DNA of 64,000 bases from Candidatus Obscuribacterales bacterium (GTDB lineage Bacteria; Cyanobacteriota; Vampirovibrionia; Obscuribacterales; Obscuribacteraceae): the NCBI GenBank assembly GCA_965228855.1, contig CBDDIJ010000004.1, forward strand, positions 96,001 to 160,000. The letters run 5' to 3'. The notes below the pieces were generated by a model. It was not told the DNA's origin and did not search any database. It saw only the letters and a list, made by a program, of their open reading frames with translations. Positions 60,129-64,000 of the stretch are shown here, piece by piece; position 1 is the first letter of the stretch; each line of letters starts with the position of its first letter. Both the position numbers and the translations under genes were made by a program.

Positions 60129-61612
60129 ATGGGTATCCCAACCAGGCTGAGCGCGAAGGAGAACCGCTCGGCGAGCGAACCCTCGCCGCTGAGGTCGTCG
60201 AAAATCTTGAGCAGGCAGAAGAAGCCGATCACGCCTAGCCGCGGCCGCACCTGATAGGCGAAAAACCCGTGTTCCGGCAAAGGCTTGCGGCCGCGCCGCT
60301 GGGAAATGATCAGGCCGGCAGCGAGCAGCATCGAGTAGACCGCCGCGGACTGGAACACCGCCAGCGCTTCGAGCCAGGGCTTGGTGGCGAAGACGTGGGT
60401 CTCGCGCATGAAATGGAACAGGAAGTTGCCCAGTCCTGCCGCGCACAAGGTAGCGAAGGCGATGCGCAGCTTGATGTTGGTGCGGAAGAAACGGACGAAC
60501 GCCGGATAGAAGAAAAAGTCGACCAGCATCTCCTTGAAATAGAAGAAATACCGGTTCCAGAATTCCGCGATCGAGCGCGACGCGAGCGGGTTGAAGGTGT
60601 TGCGCGGAATGCGGTAGCCCAGCATGCGCACCGCGGCGACGATCAGGTGGCCCCAGACCGAAATCGCCAGCAGGTCGACGACGAAGTTGGCGACCAGGCT
60701 TGCCCAGCCGTGCAGGCTGCCACGACCATAGCCTGCCGCATGGGCGATTACCGCGTCGGTGATCGGGAGCAGCCCAATATCGGTGTAGAACACCCGGTCG
60801 GCAGCCGCCCACACGATCGCCAGGATGAGTCCCCAGACGGCGAGCTTCACCGCTTTCAGGCGCGTCGCCGCCAGTTCCTCGGGGGTCCGGGCGTCGAACT
60901 TGGAGAGATAGCCCCAGCTCTTGCCGATCCCTTCCGCCCCGCCGCCCCAGAACGGCCGGATCATGGCAGCGCGGGCATTGTCGGGTATGCGGACACCTGC
61001 CTTCTGGTCGTTTGCGACATAGGCGAGCATCCACATCGAGGATACGCCAACGCCAGCCATCGTCCACAGCAGCAGGCCACCCAGCGACGCCGCCGGAACG
61101 GCGAGGGCCGACGCGAACAGGGCAAACCACAGAAGAATGAGGGCGAGCAGCGGCCGTCTGGAAAAGAAGGCGGCCGGCACCGTGCGCTGGAGTGCGAGGA
61201 AAGCCATCGCGAACAGCAGGAAGGCAGCCGCAGCGGCAGACTGCACCATATCGCCGTGCAGGGCGTTCGCAGCGGCGAAATCGCCGGTCAGCGTGGCCCA
61301 TTCGGCGGTCCGGTAGGGCCTGGCGATGAAGAACAGCGCGGAGGCAGCCGAAACGATGGCCATCCGGCGTTGTGGCCAGAGCACGACGCCAAGCAGCGCC
61401 GCGCCGATCAGCGCCAGATGCGGCGCCGAGACCTGCAGGCTCGCCGCGCAGGCCAGCATGAAGGCGCCCCACGCGCACAGCGCGCCGGTCCGCGTCGCGA
61501 CGAACGCCACCGCCGCCGGGTTGCGGTCGATCGCCAGCCAGGCTTCGCGCAGGTGGAGCGCGCGCCGCAGCAGTCCCGGTGGGCGCAAGGTGTATGGCGC
61601 TGTGATGCTCAT
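60125..61612 (-). CDS. MBOAT-family membrane acyltransferase (divergent DltB/AlgI-like)
   Basis: GYRIPRNTFNPLASRSIAEFWNRY, GNFLFHF; many TM helices. Confidence 0.75.
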   Translation of the reverse strand: MSITAPYTLRPPGLLRRALHLREAWLAIDRNPAAVAFVATRTGALCAWGAFMLACAASLQVSAPHLALIGAALLGVVLWPQRRMAIVSAASALFFIARPYRTAEWATLTGDFAAANALHGDMVQSAAAAAFLLFAMAFLALQRTVPAAFFSRRPLLALILLWFALFASALAVPAASLGGLLLWTMAGVGVSSMWMLAYVANDQKAGVRIPDNARAAMIRPFWGGGAEGIGKSWGYLSKFDARTPEELAATRLKAVKLAVWGLILAIVWAAADRVFYTDIGLLPITDAVIAHAAGYGRGSLHGWASLVANFVVDLLAISVWGHLIVAAVRMLGYRIPRNTFNPLASRSIAEFWNRYFFYFKEMLVDFFFYPAFVRFFRTNIKLRIAFATLCAAGLGNFLFHFMRETHVFATKPWLEALAVFQSAAVYSMLLAAGLIISQRRGRKPLPEHGFFAYQVRPRLGVIGFFCLLKIFDDLSGEGSLAERFSFALSLVGIPI

Positions 61613-63180
61613 GCGCGCTTGCGATCCGGCATCGCGTTGCTGGCGTCGAGCATCACCGTCAGTGCGCGGCGGTCGATCTTGCCGTTGGCGTTCCTCGGCA
61701 GGTCTGGAACGAATTCGATTCTGCCGGGGACCATGTAGCGCGGCAGCGTGCGCGCCATCTCGGCCTGGACGGTTTCGGCCGAACCGGCATCGCTCGTGCA
61801 GAAGCCGACGAGGCCCTGCGCGCTGCCGTCGACCGTCGGCCAAGCAACGACGCAGGCGAGGTCCGTTCCGACCGCGCGCCGCAGATGCGCTTCCACCTCT
61901 TCCAGTTCGATGCGGTTGCCCTTGACCTTCACCTGGTTGTCGATGCGTCCCATGTGATGGTAGGCGCCGGCGGCGTCCCGCATGCCGAGATCGCCGGTCA
62001 GGTACCAGCGTTCTCCGTCGAGGGTGCGAAACCGCCGCGCCGTTTCCTCGGGCGCGTCCAGGTAACCGTCCGACAGCTGTTCGCTGCGCAAGGCGATCTC
62101 GCCGATCTGGCCGGTTTGCACCGGCTGCAGCGTGCTGTCGAGCAGCGCCACGGCGAAGTTCGCGAAAGGCTCGCCGATGGCCAGGATTTTGCTTCGCGGC
62201 GTGACGACAGGAGGTTGCGTGAGGCGCTGGCGCATGCACACCACGGTGCATTCGGTCGGTCCGTAGATGTTCTCGACCACCGAGCCCGGTGCGGCCTCGG
62301 CCCAGGCTTGCGCGAGCGGCAGCGGCAACGGCTCGCCGCAGAAGATCGACAGCCGCAGGCTGGGGAACACGCCGGGCCTGAGCGCGCCGGACGTGCGCAT
62401 CATCGCTGCGACCGTCGGCACCGACATCCAGCAGGTGATGTCACGGGACCGGATGAAGCGCTGCGGCGCCATCAGGTCGAGGGGCGTCATGACGTGCAGG
62501 CTGCTCCCCGCCGCCCAGGCAAGGAACATGTTGTGCACCGACAGGTCGAAGGTGATGTCATGCGCTTCCGCCACCCGGTCTTCCGCCGTCAGGTCCGCCC
62601 AGCCGGCCGTCTGGGCGAGATAGCGGCGCAGCGAACCGCTGGAGACCATGACACCTTTCGGCACTCCGGTGGTCCCGGATGTGAACAGCACATAGGCTGT
62701 ATCTTCGGCTGCGACGACGGCGGGTTCAGGCATTCCGGCTTCCGGCAGTCGCGAAAGCGTCGTCGATGCGACGGGAACTTCGGCGTCGTCGTCGCGTACG
62801 ATCAGCGGTGGCGCCGCAGCCAGGACCGCGCCCGTCAGGACCGCGGCGCCGTTGCGGTCGACGACGAGCGCGTCGAGGTTCATGCTGCCGAGCAGCGCAA
62901 CCAGGCGCTCAGCCGGCCATTTCACGTTGACGGGGACGTAGGTTGCACCCGCCCACGCTGCTCCGGCGAGGCCGACATAGGCTGCGAGCGAGCGGCTCGC
63001 GAGAATACCGACGCGTCGTGAGCGCAGATGCGGCGCCAGATGCGCCGCCAGCCGCGACGCCATGCCAGCGAAGGTCTCGTAGCTGGTGGTTTCGCCACCG
63101 CAGTCGAGCGCCGTGCGGGTGGGGAAACGCGTTGCAGTGCGACGCAGCGGTTCCACGATGTTGAAATTCGGGGAGGCCAT
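61609..63180 (-). CDS. Stand-alone amino-acid adenylation enzyme (DltA-like)
   Basis: FTSGTTGVPKG, FDLSV, FCGEPL, YGPTE, TGD, NANGKIDR. Confidence 0.85.
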   Translation of the reverse strand: MASPNFNIVEPLRRTATRFPTRTALDCGGETTSYETFAGMASRLAAHLAPHLRSRRVGILASRSLAAYVGLAGAAWAGATYVPVNVKWPAERLVALLGSMNLDALVVDRNGAAVLTGAVLAAAPPLIVRDDDAEVPVASTTLSRLPEAGMPEPAVVAAEDTAYVLFTSGTTGVPKGVMVSSGSLRRYLAQTAGWADLTAEDRVAEAHDITFDLSVHNMFLAWAAGSSLHVMTPLDLMAPQRFIRSRDITCWMSVPTVAAMMRTSGALRPGVFPSLRLSIFCGEPLPLPLAQAWAEAAPGSVVENIYGPTECTVVCMRQRLTQPPVVTPRSKILAIGEPFANFAVALLDSTLQPVQTGQIGEIALRSEQLSDGYLDAPEETARRFRTLDGERWYLTGDLGMRDAAGAYHHMGRIDNQVKVKGNRIELEEVEAHLRRAVGTDLACVVAWPTVDGSAQGLVGFCTSDAGSAETVQAEMARTLPRYMVPGRIEFVPDLPRNANGKIDRRALTVMLDASNAMPDRKRA

Positions 63181-63264
63181 GGGCCGTTGCTCCTCATGAT
63201 GTCCAGACGAACGCTTCTCATGCCGATGGCATGGAAGCGCGGTGTAGCCGGGTTGGCGTCGGGA

Positions 63265-63624
63265 CTAGAGAAGTCTGGGAGGTCGGTCGAACCGGCAGGA
63301 GCTTCCGGAAAGGTGGTCTGTCTCGGCGATCAGGCCGAGGCACTCGGAAGGCGATGGCAGGGTGGCGGCGAACGAGGCGATGCCGTCGGACCCGTCGGGA
63401 GCTTTTTCGCAGGTCTCGGGCGCGGCTTCCTGCTCGTCGCCGTCGGTGAGCCAGTCGCCGGCGCGTTCGGCGCATGCGACCGAGACCAATTCGGCCTGCG
63501 TCTCGGCCAGGACGGCGTCACCGGCCTCCAGCCCGAATTCGGCGATGGGAAGCAGAAGCAAGGCTAGCGCCACCGCCGAAGCGACGACGTACTTCCACAG
63601 CCTGTCTGTTCTTTTGCCCTTCAT
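63265..63624 (-). CDS. Small protein with N-terminal hydrophobic helix and C-terminal DRPPR
   Basis: MKGKRTDRLWKYVVASAVALALLLLP...CRFDRPPRLL. Confidence 0.5.
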   Translation of the reverse strand: MKGKRTDRLWKYVVASAVALALLLLPIAEFGLEAGDAVLAETQAELVSVACAERAGDWLTDGDEQEAAPETCEKAPDGSDGIASFAATLPSPSECLGLIAETDHLSGSSCRFDRPPRLL

Positions 63625-63748
63625 GCCAAGGTTTTCTTGCCAGACAGGGCTTTTGATTGCGTTAACGCAGGGCGGTGGCGTGGCGGAGACAGAAATGACA
63701 ATGCGCCCCGGTGAGGAGGCGCATCGATCTTTCATCGGCTGATGCCTG

Positions 63749-64000
63749 TCAGGCGAAGGTGCCGTGGCAGTGCTTGTATTTCTTGCCCGAGCCGCATGGA
63801 CAGGGCTCGTTGCGGCCGACCTTGCCCCAACTCGTCGGATCGTTCGGGTTGCGGTCCTCCGGCGCGACGATCTTGGCCTCGCGCATGATGGCGCCACCGC
63901 CGGCAGGCAGGGATCCTTCGCCGAAATCGTCCTCGCCGGTGGTGCCGTCGATATGATGCCCGTGCATCTCGGGAGCGGTGGGCGGCGGTGCCTCGGCCGC
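63749..64000 (-). CDS. secA: Preprotein translocase SecA, 3' end (partial)
   Basis: SEC-C motif [23 protein letters not shown] preceded by a DPNDP-like linker. Confidence 0.88.
   Translation of the reverse strand, partial: AAEAPPPTAPEMHGHHIDGTTGEDDFGEGSLPAGGGAIMREAKIVAPEDRNPNDPTSWGKVGRNEPCPCGSGKKYKHCHGTFA

Overview
High-GC alphaproteobacterial (Rhizobiales-like) DNA in three parts. (1) Positions 1 to ~22.4 kb are the right end of an integrative defence island. It carries a Druantia type II-like operon (C5 methyltransferase, two unknown genes, an 1881-aa DUF1998 helicase) followed by a Cas4/RecB-like Fe-S nuclease gene that is absent from the ORF track. It also holds three HEPN-like ORFs, an integrase relic, a CoiA/DUF6035-like nuclease, an N6-methyltransferase plus PD-(D/E)xK pair, an excisionase and a tyrosine integrase. 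(2) Positions ~22.4-42.3 kb are a second island with a paralogous, frameshifted integrase, bounded by tRNA-Leu(CAA)-derived sites. It carries merRTPAB, two further MerR modules, a multicopper oxidase and two ars operons. (3) Positions 42.3-64 kb look chromosomal: a 7TM-DISM two-component system, an amidohydrolase/CobW/ABC operon, acyl-CoA ligase, GNAT and flippase genes, a dltA/MBOAT/ACP-like operon and the 3' end of secA. The main leads are the nuclease-extended Druantia-like operon, an att architecture suggesting the island brings a complete recoded replacement tRNA, the split MTase-nuclease module and a two-operator MerR regulon. All family calls come from motif recognition by eye; no database searches were run.
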